From Psammoneis japonica (lineage: Eukaryota): 64,000 nt of DNA. Numbering within the stretch: position 1 is the stretch's first letter; every line of letters begins with the position of its first letter. Location: contig QPGO01000154.1 in the NCBI GenBank assembly GCA_008632985.1, positions 62,001 to 126,000 on the forward strand. The letters run 5' to 3'. Below, in pieces: positions 36,390 through 48,961 of this stretch. The position numbers and the translations under genes are program-made. The notes below the pieces were generated by a model. That model saw only the letters and a program-made list of their open reading frames with translations. It did no database searches and was not told where the DNA came from.

Positions 36390-39300
36390 GGCATGATGCA
36401 TCCATGTGATCGTTGTGTGCGATGCGTGATGCGGCGAGTGGAGAGGGCTCTGTGCGATGCCGGACAGACGTCGGAGGGAGAAATGCGATTTCAACACAGG
36501 CTCAGAGTAGGAGTTGGCAGCAAAACACAGAAACTTGGCATCAGAGAGCTGGCCGCAGAAGAGCTGTGGAAAAGAGGACAGTGCTTTGCAAATGAGGGCT
36601 GTGCTGCAGCCACGTGTGAAAGAACTCAATGTCACAGCACACAGCAGAGACCCAAGACCTCCCTCTGCTTGCTGCAGTGTGATGCAGCGACAAGACAAGC
36701 ACGAGGCAAACACCTTGAAGTCAATGGGCTCTGACAATGCACAGGTCAAAGGGGGGGGGGGTTGTCATTGTGCATGGCTGTGTGCCAGGGCCCCACTCCC
36801 TCTCATGATGTTGATTTGTTGCCCGCCGTTGTGTCGTTGAATGGACAGCCATTCGGCGGATCAAAACCCACGAAAAGTTTGAAAGAGATGCCAGAAATGA
36901 GCGGGGGATGACGATGACGATGCCGGACACACAACCCAAACACATTTCTCATAAGTCCAATTGAAGCGTCAAAAGAATCTCTGGTTGACACAACGCAAGT
37001 GTGGTTCGTCCGTGATTTTTTGCCTGTCTCACACAATCAAATGTGTCCCGACAATTTGGTCTGAACATTTTTTTCTTGGCAGTGCAGCGGGGGCGATGGA
37101 GTGCACTTCTTGCTGCACAGGCAGTGGTTGGCAGGCAGCGCTTCTAGATTTCACGTTGCCTTGCTGCAAAATGCACGCACAACACAACAACAACTGGCAG
37201 TTCGATGGAGTCGGTTTTTTCTTCTTTTTTTTTTGCAGCTCAGGCTGGCTGTCAGTCAAGTTGGAAACATTTGAGAGACATTGAATCTTTTTCACATGGC
37301 CCTGATGCAGAATTTTGCATTGAATTTTTGTCCTGTGGGGAGTTGTGCCGGCTGCTCTTCTTTTTTTGTGCGGCGCGGCAACTGCTGGCTGCTGGCAGCA
37401 GCAGGTGACAAACAAAAATTGAGAATGTTTGAGAGACATTGAATCTTCTTTTCGTGCAGCTCTGGTGCATGAATCTGCGTGCATTTTTTGTCCTGCAGCA
37501 CGGGAAATTGACACGAGCGGCTCAACATTGAACAAATTTCACGGAAATTGAATCTTTTTTGCGCAGCCGCAGTGCATGATCCTACGTGAACTTTTCGTTC
37601 TACAAAAAACATTGAGAACATTTGAGAGACATTGAATCTTTTTCACGCAGCTCTGGCACACACAATCCTGCATGAATTTTTTGTCCTGCGGGGCATTTTA
37701 ACACCAGCGGCTCAAAATTGACAAAATTCATGGAAATTGAATCTTTTTTGCACAGCGGCAGTGCACAATCTATGTGAACTTTTCGTCCGACGAACATTGG
37801 GAACATTTGAGAGACATTGAATCTTTTTCACGTTGCTCTGGTGCACAACCCTGCGTGAATTTTTTGTCCTGCAGGGAGTTGACACAAGCGGCTCAACATT
37901 GAACAAATTTGACGGAAATTGAATCTTTTTTGCGCAGCCGCAGCACACAATCTACGTGAACTTTTCGTTCAATGAACATTGAGAATGTTTGAGAGACATT
38001 GAATCTTTTTCACACAGCTCCAGCACACAATCCCACGTGAATTTTTCGTCCCGCGGGGAATTTACACGAGCGGCTCAACGTTGAACAAATTTGACGGACA
38101 TTGAATCTTTTTTGCATAGCCGCAGTGCACAATCTACGTGAACTTTTCGTTCGACGAACATTGAGAACATTTGAGAGACATTGAATCTTTTTCACGCAGC
38201 TCCAGTGCACAGTCCCACATGAATTTTTTGTCCTGCGGGGAATTGACACGAGCGGCTCAACATTGAACAAATTTGACGGACATTGAATCTTTTTTGCGCA
38301 GCCGCAGCACATGATCTGTGTGAACTTTTCATTCGACGAACATTGAAAATGTTTGAGAGACATTGAATCTTTTTCACGCAGCTCCAGTGCATGATCCCAC
38401 GTGCATTTTTCATCCTGCGGGGAATTGACATGAGCGGCTCAACATTGACAAATTTCATGGATGTTGAATTTTTTTGCGCAGCTGCAGCACATGATCCCAC
38501 GTGAACTTTTCGTTCTGATGACGAAATGCTGCAGCGGAAATTCGGCAAAGATCGGAGACCAATGAGAGACAGTGGTCTGCGCCTCCCCCGATTTCAAAAC
38601 AGAAAAGATGCGCAGACATGCAGATGTCCATGCAAAAAAGCGCGCTGGGCCGCACGCACAAAACTGGAAACCATGGCGTTTGAGTTCGCCGACTCTTCAT
38701 GGGACAATCTGTTGGAACAGGCATTCACCCGTCTCATCACCGGTGGGCACCAACCATTTCTTGGTCTCTGCAATGATGATTTTGCATCTCGCTTGTTTGT
38801 CACACCCACAGCCATCGCCGCAACCTTGTGGCCATCAAGATGGATCCTTCCTTTGGACAACTTCCCGGAAAATGAAATCGCTTTGCCAGTGACCTTGCTT
38901 GGTCAAGACTCAACACGTGAGCCGATCCATGCATGGGATTCAGAGCCGACCATTTCTTCTTGGCCGGCTGCAATGGCGGTGTCCTGCCTTGCTCCTTCTT
39001 GCGCTTGTGTCCCGCCGGACTGTTCATCCTTGTTTCGTTGACACTTCTGGCAATGAATGCGGTGGAACGCAAGAGCTTTCTTTTTGCATCTTGGCGGGGC
39101 ATTGTCTTTGTCAGATCAAAATGTCAAACAAAAACCCAAGAGATTCTTGTGTGTGTTTCAAAATTTCCTGTGTGCTGTGTGCAGTGTGCAGCACGCCAAC
39201 AGCACGGGAACAAGCCATCCGCCATCACGACTCACGACCATCACAATGAACAAGCTGATGACCCCTGCGCACAGTGCGCACCACAACAATGACATGCAAA

Positions 39301-39700
39301 TGGTGTGTTTTCATCGTCAGATCAGAGGCGACAACTTCATTTTGTTGCCAGTTTTGTTGCCGGCAACCAATGTGGACGGAGATTGCTGCAACGTGCAAGT
39401 TTCGCAGAAATTGAATCTTTTTTGTGCAGCCGCAGTGCACAATCCCACGTGAACTTTTCGTTCGACGAACATTGAGAACATCATTTGAGAGATGTTGAAT
39501 CTTTTTCACCCAGCTCTGGTGCACAATCCCACGTGAATTTTTCGTCCTACGGGGAATCAACACGAGCGACTCAACATTGAACAAATTTCACGGAAATTGA
39601 ATCTTTTTTGCACAGCCGCAGTGCACAATCCTACGTGAACTTTTCGTTCGACGAACATTGGGAACATTTGAGAGGCCATTGAATCTTTTTCACGTTGCTC
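36390..39700. other. TAY-depleted (A-to-G hypermutated) block 1
   Basis: TA dinucleotides almost vanish after about 36,390. Repeat units carry ca/tg where sister units carry ta. Confidence 0.85.
37265..38697. repeat. Array of about 182-bp units (about 7) plus a unique end segment; mutated copy of a probable non-autonomous element
   Basis: ttgaatcttttttg recurs at 37548, 37737, 37919, 38101, 38283 and about 38464. End segment 38520-38697 matches 40565-40747. Confidence 0.9.
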
Positions 39701-40747
39701 TAGTACACAATCCTACGTGAATTTTTCGTCCTACGGGGAATTAACACGAGCGGCTCAACATTGAACAAATTTGACGGACATTGAATCTTTTTTGCGTAGC
39801 CGTAGTACATAATCTACGTGAACTTTTCGTTCGACGAACATTGAGAATATTTGAGAGACATTGAATCTTTTTCACGTATCTCTAGTACATAATCCTACGT
39901 GAATTTTTCGTCCTACGGGGAATTAACACGAGCGGCTCAACATTGAACAAATTTGACGGAAATTGAATCTTTTTTGCGTAGCCGTAGTACATAATATACG
40001 TGAACTTTTCGTTCGACGAACATTGAGAATATTTGAGAGACATTGAATCTTTTTCACGTAGCTCCAGTACATAATCCTACGTGAATTTTTCGTCCTACGG
40101 GGAATTAACACGAGCGGCTCAACATTGAACAAATTTGACGGACATTGAATCTTTTTTGCGTAGCCGTAGTACATAATCTACGTGAACTTTTCGTTCGACG
40201 AACATTGAGAATATTTGAGAGACATTGAATCTTTTTCACGTATCTCTAGTACATAATCCTACGTGAATTTTTCGTCCTACGGGGAATTAACACGAGCGGC
40301 TCAACATTGAACAAATTTGACGGACATTGAATCTTTTTTGCGTAGCCGTAGTACATAATCTACGTGAACTTTTCGTTCGACGAACATTGAGAATATTTGA
40401 GAGACATTGAATCTTTTTCACGTATCTCTAGTACATAATCCTACGTGCATTTTTCGTCCTACGGGGAATTAACATGAGCGGCTCAACATTGACAAATTTC
40501 ACGGACATTGAATCTTTTTTGCGTAGCCGTTGTACATAATCCTACGTGAACTTTTCGTTCTGACGACGAAATACTGTACTACAGTAGAAATTCGGCGAAG
40601 ATCGGAGACCAATGAGAGACAGTGGTCTGCGCCTCCCCCGATTTCAAAACAGAAAAGACGCGTAGACATACAGACGTCCGTACAAAAAAGCGCGCCGCGC
40701 TTCACGCACAAAACTGGAAACCATGGCGTTTGAGTTCACCGACTCTT
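39400..40747. repeat. Array of 182-bp units (about 6.5; each an 80+102-bp dimer) plus end segment; largely unmutated copy
   Basis: Unit starts at 39411, 39597, 39781, 39963, 40145, 40327 and 40508, with near-identical right-hand units. Confidence 0.95.
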
Positions 40748-40764
40748 AGCTACCATAGCCTGAT

Positions 40765-40942
40765 TGTATTGAGGTTTTCTACTGTACAGAAAAACCGTGG
40801 CACCACCAGGATTTACCAGTGATTACTGTAAGCACAGTATTGAGGTTTTCTACAAAACACCTTTGGCACTATCCGTAGTCTCTCGCATCTCACTGTATTG
40901 AAGTTCTCTGCGGCCGTACAAAACACCTGTGGCACTACCAAG
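40765..40942. repeat. Three degenerate copies of gtattgaggttttctac..aaaac..tggcactacc
   Basis: Copies start near 40766, 40837 and 40895. Confidence 0.65.
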
Positions 40943-40959
40943 ACTTACCTACCAATACC

Positions 40960-42869
40960 ATGAATCCTTGCTCGCATTTGCCATCATCTATTTTCCTGGT
41001 GTTCTGGGTCGTAACAAAGTTTGCTCGGTGCACGGGAGAAGTCAACCTACCGCTCGGGGACGTGAACGTTTTGATCGTGACAGACACTCACGGATGGGTG
41101 GGAGGTCATGGCTTTCACGAACCAGAACTCAATGCGGATTATGGAGATGTCTTGTCCTTTTATGAACGATTGAAGCACATGTGCCACGAACGGGGGAAGA
41201 GCTTGTACTTTGTTATGAATGGTGACTTTGTCCATGGCACAGGACTGTCACGAAACCCACCGAGAGAGCTTGAACCTTTGCTTGAAAAAATGCCATGGGA
41301 TGCCGTTAACGTTGGAAACCATGAATTACAGGAAGACGAAACAGTGGAATTTATAATGAGACCAGCCGGATTTGTTGATTGGTTCGGTGATGCATATCTC
41401 ACATCTAATGGTGAGTCCGCGCGGTTTCCCGGCTGCTTCTGCTCTGGTTGCATCATTTTGAGTTTCTGACAAAGTTATTATGCCGCAGTTGTGCGAGCTG
41501 CATCGGGACGGCCTCTTGGACAAAGATATCGCTTGTTGCAAGGGCGGTTTCAAGAATCAACAATCCTTATTTTTGGGTTTCTTTTCAATCAAGAGGATGC
41601 TAGCCCCCTGGTCGAAGTCGAGCTCGTCGAAGACGTAGTGAAGTCGAATTGGTTTGTTTCTGCGCTGCGTGACAACTCATTTGACGCAATTGTTGTCATG
41701 GCGCACATGGATGTTCAAGACCCGCTTGTTTTTGTTATCTTGTCTGCGATTCGCAAAGTGTGTGGCAAAGGTATGTCCGAGATTCTGTCATTGGGCCGAG
41801 GTAGCAGAGTTGAAGTCTCATCATTGACCTTTCCTTTTCGACGAACGCCTGGAACGAAGACATGCCAGTTCAGTTCATCACTGGTCATACCCATTATAGA
41901 GCACACGCAATGCTGGATAACGCTAGTTGCTCCTTTGAGGCTGGAAGGTTCTTGGATACTGTCGGGTTTGTCTCTCTAAATTTAACCACAGGCGTCAACT
42001 CAACGGAGCGTTTTAACCACGTCTTTTTGGATGCCAACAAGGATATACTTCGAGATACATTGGGAGTCCCCACATTAGCCACTGAAGCTGGTACGGAGCT
42101 GTCAGAGTTCATTCGCGATACTCAGGAAGCACTTGGACTTCTGAATGTAGCTGGCTGTTCACCGAATCGCTTTTACGAGAACATAGCCATGAACGAGACG
42201 AACTCTCTCTGGGGTTTGTATTTCAATCAAGTCGTTCCAACTCAATTTTTCAAGGGCGACACGTCAAAGGTGTTGGTTCAGAGGGTGTCGTGGTTCTTTC
42301 GTTACGATTTGTGGGACGGAAGTGTGAGAGTTTCTGACATTGATGCGGTTGTCCCAGAGGACGAATCCCTTTATTTCATTGCAAAAGATGTCAAAGGCTC
42401 TATCATCAAGAAGCTGGTGAATACGCTGGCACGCGAAGAGGAATACAGAAACGGGACACTGCCTTCATTTTGGTATTCAGGAGTGGTAGAGGATGACGAC
42501 ACATACGAGTTGTACACGATCGGCAAGGACGTCCCTCGAGTCAAATATGCTTTGAGCGATATGGACGCGTCATCTGATCCACAAGAGCTCTACGAAGGAA
42601 ACACAACAGTGCGCACTCTTTGGGAGGGATTTGTGACCGAGTTCTGGCCATGCCACGGTAACAAGCACGTCCCTACATCATCAGGATCGGGCAACAAAAA
42701 CAGCGACGCCGGCGGCTCTGACGGTGCGTCAGCAATCACAAAGATAACCATCGTGACCATTTTAGCAGTAGCCATTGTATTTGTTGTTCGGAATGTACCG
42801 AGATGGCGCCGTCGTTATGACACTGAATTTATTCCTGAACCGGAGGGACATGTTGCCCTTGTAGTCTAA
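40960..42869 (+). CDS. Secreted/membrane-anchored 5'-nucleotidase-like metallophosphoesterase; introns 41411-41488 and 41771-41859
   Basis: Signal peptide, TDTHGW, NGDFVHGTG, VGNHEL, AHM, TGHTH and a C-terminal TM helix. Both introns keep frame. Confidence 0.88.
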
Positions 42870-44563
42870 CACGCCGGAAACGCAGGAACGTGAGCGTTAC
42901 GGCAATTAAGATTTAACTTTCTCTGTCATTTTAGACTACAGCATATGCCCGAGTCTCGCTTTCGGAGAATCCTCCAAGGAAAGGTTTTCCATAACGTTAC
43001 GTTAACGTAGCAAAATTGTTACGGACTCCGTAACGAAACGCAATGTTTGAGAACAATCAAGTTGGATCGGATTTGCCAATTTCTAATTTGTGATAACAAA
43101 AACTAGAGGCTACTCGACAACCAAAAACCAAAGAAAGAAAACAATAAGTGACTCGTCCTTGTGCTGGAGCCAACACAGATGAACGTGCACCAACGACTTG
43201 TCAGGAACGAGAAGTTCTTGGTTACATAAAACAAGAAGAGAGGTTGGGCTCCATTCTCGTTTTGAACTTTGGACCTCTCAAGTGGCATCGGTTGTTTGAT
43301 CTGTGATTGGTTGAGACGTTGATGGCGGTCTTTGTTTGTGGCGGTCTTTGTGACTCGTAGCTTGAGGCACAACACATGAATAATTTCAAACTCCCTCATG
43401 CCGAAAGGTCCGAGTTGTCACCACCCATGCGATTGCGCACGAATGCAGGCAAGTCGGGCATTTTACATGGTCAAGAGATCAGCCTGCCAAAGCTCAGTGC
43501 TGACAGCCTCAATCAATGGGTGCCCATTGGCAACTTCTGAGTGGAAGCAGTGGCAGACATTGTTGATGTGATGAGTTCTGGCCCTCATCTTGGGCACCCT
43601 GGCAGCTCAGCTGCCGAGTTGTCCTCGATCAATTTGCAGAAAATGGGTGGAGTCACAATTGCTGGGCAAGCTGTTTGTTGATTTCCTCCAACAAGCACGT
43701 GGATGCTTTCACATGCTGAGTGGCAGCTGACAAAGGCAAGTGCTCACTCTCACTGCTGCTGAGAACAAGCTGGGTCTGCAGCTTGGATGGCCAGTGGGTG
43801 GGAGCTTCTCTCCATGCTTGACAGCACAGCCACTGTGAGACTTTGCTGCTTCAGGATCTTCAGCCATGATTGTCTTGTTCCAATTGCCATGGAAACTGGC
43901 ACCAGACTGCTGAAAAACCATTTTCTTTGTCAGGTGGGACATGGGCACACTAGCCCTTGTCACGGGCATTCAACAGGAGCCAGCCAATGTGCTCGCCACA
44001 TGCAATGCCATGAGATTGCTTTGGGCTCTGGCGGTGGTGAGGCTGAGCCACTTCGTTGGTTGTGTGTGTGGTGTGTGTGGTGTCAGGCCAATTGGACTTC
44101 TCCAGGAAGCTCACTTTCCCCATCACCAACTGGCAGACAGCAGAGTCAAATCTGCACTTTGGGTGCTGTCACATCTGGACACTGGCCCCAGCAGATTAAC
44201 CCGCCACACTCCCATCCACCAGCATGCCAGTTGGCATGGCAGGATTGTCCACAGGACAATCTGTCCATTTTGTTTCCAGTCAAACAGGAAATTGGCCAGA
44301 GATGCTTGTCTTTGCACAGCTGACTGTGTTGGAAGAGAAGAGAAGCCCCAAAACAATGGCCAAATTGTTGTCCAAAACAAGGCCAGAGCACAAGTCTAGT
44401 CACCGCATTTCCCACAAATCTGTTTGTGAGCTCCAAGATTCATGGAGGCAGCTTTTCCACTTGTGGACCTCACGTGTGTGGACTTGGTGCTTGGACTTCA
44501 TCAACTGCGTCACTGGCAAAATGGTTTCATCCTCTTGGGCACATCTGCTTTTTCACAAAGCTC

Positions 44564-45737
44564 TGACCCTGCATCTCCTTGATCATGGCTTTTTTAGCTG
44601 GGTGGCAACTGGCTGGATCACAGCTTTGTGCAGGTGCACGGCACAAGGGTTGGCAAATGCTTTCATGGGGTGCACAAGGACAGAGCAATTAAGCTCTGAC
44701 TCAACATCCTGTTCCTCTGAGTGCATGTCTTGGTTCATTGTGTTAAACTTGACACCCCATGAGAGACAAGGCCAGCTTGCCATTGCAACTCTGACTCTGT
44801 CATGTGTCATGTCAGCTGAGCTGTGTGCCCAGACCTGGTTGTCCACACAGGTGGCAGTGGCTCTGGTTCTGGAGCACCTAAATCAGGTGTGGCAATTCAG
44901 GGGTTTCAGACACTCTTTTGCTCATTGCATCTGTTGCAACTCCCTTGTTTGGGATTTGGGGTTGTTTCCTCTGGAATGAGTGCTTGCCAAGGGACATCAG
45001 CTCTTTTGGCCTGGTGAGGAGAGACATTCATTTGTCACATCTTGATCTGCATCTTCTGCTCAATCTTTTCATCAGGTCATGGCTGCACTTTCAAGTCTTG
45101 GAGGTGACATGTCTCTTGCCAGTGGGACTCAACTGCACACTGCTGGGTGCTGAGCATCTTGAACAAGTTGTCAAATCTCAAATGATGCTGAGGTGTGTGA
45201 GACCACACCCTTTGTGAAGTTCAACACAAGAGTGGTGGAATGAGAGTGTTGTGGTGATGACAATCCAAGATGCAGACCAACTCAAGAGCATGAGCCCCAC
45301 TTTGGAACAGGCTTGCTCAACTGCAGCTTGTTGTTGAGAAGAAAGTGCCAAATTTTGGGTTTTGTGGGTGCTCTCATGAAAAGCTAAATTGGAGATGAAT
45401 TTTGCCCAGTTGCAGGGATGCAGTTGTGCACAGCATTTGCATGTTGGATGACACAAGGCTGTGCTGGGAGACCTCTGCCACTGCCTTTGGCCATCAATGC
45501 TCCTTGGCATGAATGAGTTGAGGTTGTGCTGAACATTGCAAATCACAATTTTTTTTGGTGGCACCACTCTGGAAATGAGAGTTGACTTCAAAAAATGAAA
45601 TCACCTGACTCACATCTTTGATCACAGATGGATGTGTGCTGTGAGCAAAATGGCCATTGTTGAATGACAGCAGCACATGTGCTTGCTCCCAGAAAACAAA
45701 AATGAGACTCAAAAGCATGTTTTGGCTGCAACAGTCT
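44564..45737 (+). repeat. Dispersed repeat of about 1.15 kb, copy A
   Basis: Collinear matches with 53021-54130: ctgcatctccttgatcatggc, cttgatctgcatcttctgctcaatcttttcat, gtgacatgtctcttgccagtggg, aatgagactcaaaa. Confidence 0.85.
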
Positions 45738-48700
45738 CAGCTCCAGTGCAAGGGTTGTTTGCAGGCAGACAAAAGAGAAACTGCTGTGATGATTGATCAT
45801 TGTGGTTGCATGGCAACATCCTTTTTGTTGCTGCACAATCTTTCAATTGACCACCAACAATGCCTGGGGTTGTTGCACCCAGCTGATTGACTGATGCACA
45901 CAGCCCAGACTTTGCACCCATGAACATTTTGCACTGTGTTGTGTTGCTTTTGACTTTCCAAGGTGCTTTTGTCACTTTTGCAAATCAACAGGCAGCACAT
46001 TGAGAAACATGACACTCAGCAAGTTGTCAAGGCAGACTCCATTTCAAGCCACAGCCTGGATTGGAGAGAGTGAAAGATGACTGAGTTGATGGCGCCAAAG
46101 TGAAAATTCATGCAAAGAGCCCGCTGGAGCAATTGGCTCATCATCTTAAAAAGCTGGAGCTTTGTCAGAATCATTCATTGAGAGGTTAAAACAAACAGCA
46201 CTGTTGCTGGACAAAGGAGCCAACTTGTTGGTGGCAACAGTTGCATCGCAGCTCACAGGAGTGGCATGGCCACAGATGGGGACTTTGTCAGCAGGAACAG
46301 CAAAATGATGTGAACAATGCTTGGCATGTCCTGATGGCCTGATGGGTGGAGAAGCATGTGCAGAAGCAACAGCAACATCAGGGTGCCATTGTTTTGGGTG
46401 AAGAGAGAGGTTGCCTGGAAAGCACAATTTTTTTGTGTTGACAAAAGCTGGAGGTTTGGCACAGTGCTTGAAGGGGCTTAAAAGATGGGGAAGAGTGAAA
46501 GACACTGATGTTGCTGGCCAACCATGTGAGTTTCTGACCCACCTGTTCAAGTGTCATGCTCTTGTTCATTTTCACAGAACAAGTCCCTTTGTGGGGGGTG
46601 GTTCACTCTTGCAGCTTGAGAGTTTGAGTCAGGTGTTGCAGAGACAGGCAGGAGCCACATTGGCAGCAGGTCGAGGATGCAGTGGATGCCAAGAATGCAA
46701 AGTGAGGTTTCTCTCCATGATCCTCTTTTGTGTGTTTCAATGAACAGCTCCTTTGCATGAGGCTGGAGTGCTGCCCAACATGAACTGCATGCTCACATTG
46801 ACCTTGGCTGGTGACAAAAGGAGTTTAGACTTTGAGCTTGTGAAACAACAAGAAGCATGCTGGTCATCAATGCCAGCAGGAAATGAGTCAGTGTCGAAGC
46901 TGTCATCATTGCAGGTGTGACATGGTGGTGTCCATTGGCAGCAGGGAAGCATCCAACAACATGCTCACAGGCAATGTGGGCACAGACTGCCATGTGCATG
47001 ATGCGTGCACCATGTGTGCAATGAACACAGTGACTGTGACACAGGTGGAGTGAGGCTTGCATCAATTTTGATGCCGCTTGACATGGGGCTTGAGGCCAGT
47101 GTCAAAGCAGAGTGGGGGTCGGGCCAAGTCAGCAGACAAGGAGGACAAGAGATCACATGCACTGCAAACCAAGTTGGCTGCAATGGGAGTTGCTTTTGTC
47201 AACAGCAATTCCAGAATCTCATCAGAGCAAGCCAGAATTGCAAGTGGCGCAACAAGCAGAGTGCAGCACAGATCAAATCCAAACCTGCCCACCACTTTTG
47301 TTCATGGCTGGGCTCATCAGACACATCCTTGATGCCTGGGTTGGCGATGAAAGTGACCAGTGCATTGGAGGTTGGCCAAGAGAAAGTGTCTTGGGAGCAG
47401 CTCTGCTTGGCTCTCCACTTGGCATGGCAACCCTTGTTGAAGTGTTTGCCCCAACAGCCATGGAACTTGAAAATTTTCCACCTCTTCTTGTTCCTTTTGG
47501 GCCCTGACACAGCAGCAAAGAAGGGCAAAATGTGTCCAGCACAGAGCACAGCCTGCCTTGCACACATGTGCTTTGCTGTTGGTGAAGCCCACCATCAGTG
47601 CATTGCATGCCAGTGGCCTCATGCTCCTGGCCAATTGCACATTGACTTGAGCCAAATCCACCATTGCCAAAGGTGAAATTGGTCACTTTGTGATGTGCTC
47701 ATTGGATCCATGCTTGTCCATCAGCAGCAGAATTGCTTTGTGACACCTGTGCATTTGCTCAATGCATGCAAGTGTTTTGCCAAAGATGGTGTGCTTGCTT
47801 GAAAAGATGATTGGGCACCTTTTTCTTCATCATCACAACCGCCGCTGAATCCTTGCCTTCTTGCCTGTGCCACACCCATCAAGCTGCCCGCTGACAGCCT
47901 TCAAGGAACACTCCATTTGATGGAGACAGCCTTGGGAAGAAAAAAATGAAAATGTGGTGATCGCAGTTGTTGTGTTGAACAGGGAGGTTGTGTGTGAGGG
48001 TGGGGCATCATTGTGTTGTTGGCAAGTGACCATTGCGCTCAACAAACACAGAGACACTTGCAAGTCATGGCTCATGATCAAGACGGCATTGAAACAACAA
48101 GGATCAGGTGAGCCAGAGAGCAGTGGTCATTGCAGCAGAGTGTTTGCTTGGACAGTGGCTGACAACAGCCGCGGCAGGTTTTGTGTTGTCAGCAGCTGCA
48201 GACTTGGATCAGTCAGATTCAATGAGCTTCAAACACAGAAAAGAAGAAATTGTTGCATTGAAATGCAGCCACAAAATGTTCAACCAGCTTGTTTGTTGTT
48301 TGTTGCAGCAGATCCCACTCACATGCAAGAGCCCGGGGCAACGCTTGTCTTTCTCTGCGGGGGTGTTGTCAGGCTGGATCATTTTTGTTCCAAAACATCA
48401 CAGTTGGGAAAACCACAGAGTCCAACAATCAAACAAGTGGAAACAGTGTGATGCACTCATTTGCTGTGAAAGAAATGTCACTCTGTCACAACTCACAACA
48501 CTGTGAAAGAGACCTGTTGGGGCACACAACCAAGGACAGATCGTCTCAAGTGGAAAGGTGTCTGCTTTTCGCAATTTCGTAATTTTTTGAAAAACCGTGT
48601 TCGCCAGAAAAAATTGAAAATTTCAAATTTCAGCTTTGAAGTTGTCCCTCCGACAAGGCGGGTGCGGCGATGGTGGCGGCGATGATGGATGATGCGATGG

Positions 48701-48961
48701 CGACATCGCAGCAGAAGCACACCAAGCTTGCAATTCATTCACTGCTGTTGTTTCACAGTCTGGCCTGTGAATTTTCTTTTCACTGCCGGTGTTGCTGCGT
48801 TGTTGCGCTCCACAAACTCCGCAACAGCATTCTTGCCGATTGGGAGATGAATGAACGCCCATGCGCTGTCATCTGAGGGAGCCTCCTCCTCAAGTGCAAG
48901 GAACCATGCTGTCAGATTGCCTCGTGGCGGTGCATTCTTTCACTCGGACAGCAAACTCAAG

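Noticed and set aside
37265..40560. CRISPR array
   Set aside because: The sequences between the conserved motifs are themselves repeated, there are no unique spacers or cas genes, and the context is eukaryotic. It is a tandem satellite.
37029..40822. Repetitive ORFs (MSLKH.., KKIQCLSN..) as repeat proteins
   Set aside because: They are translations of the 182-bp DNA unit, which is not a multiple of 3, so the frames cycle.
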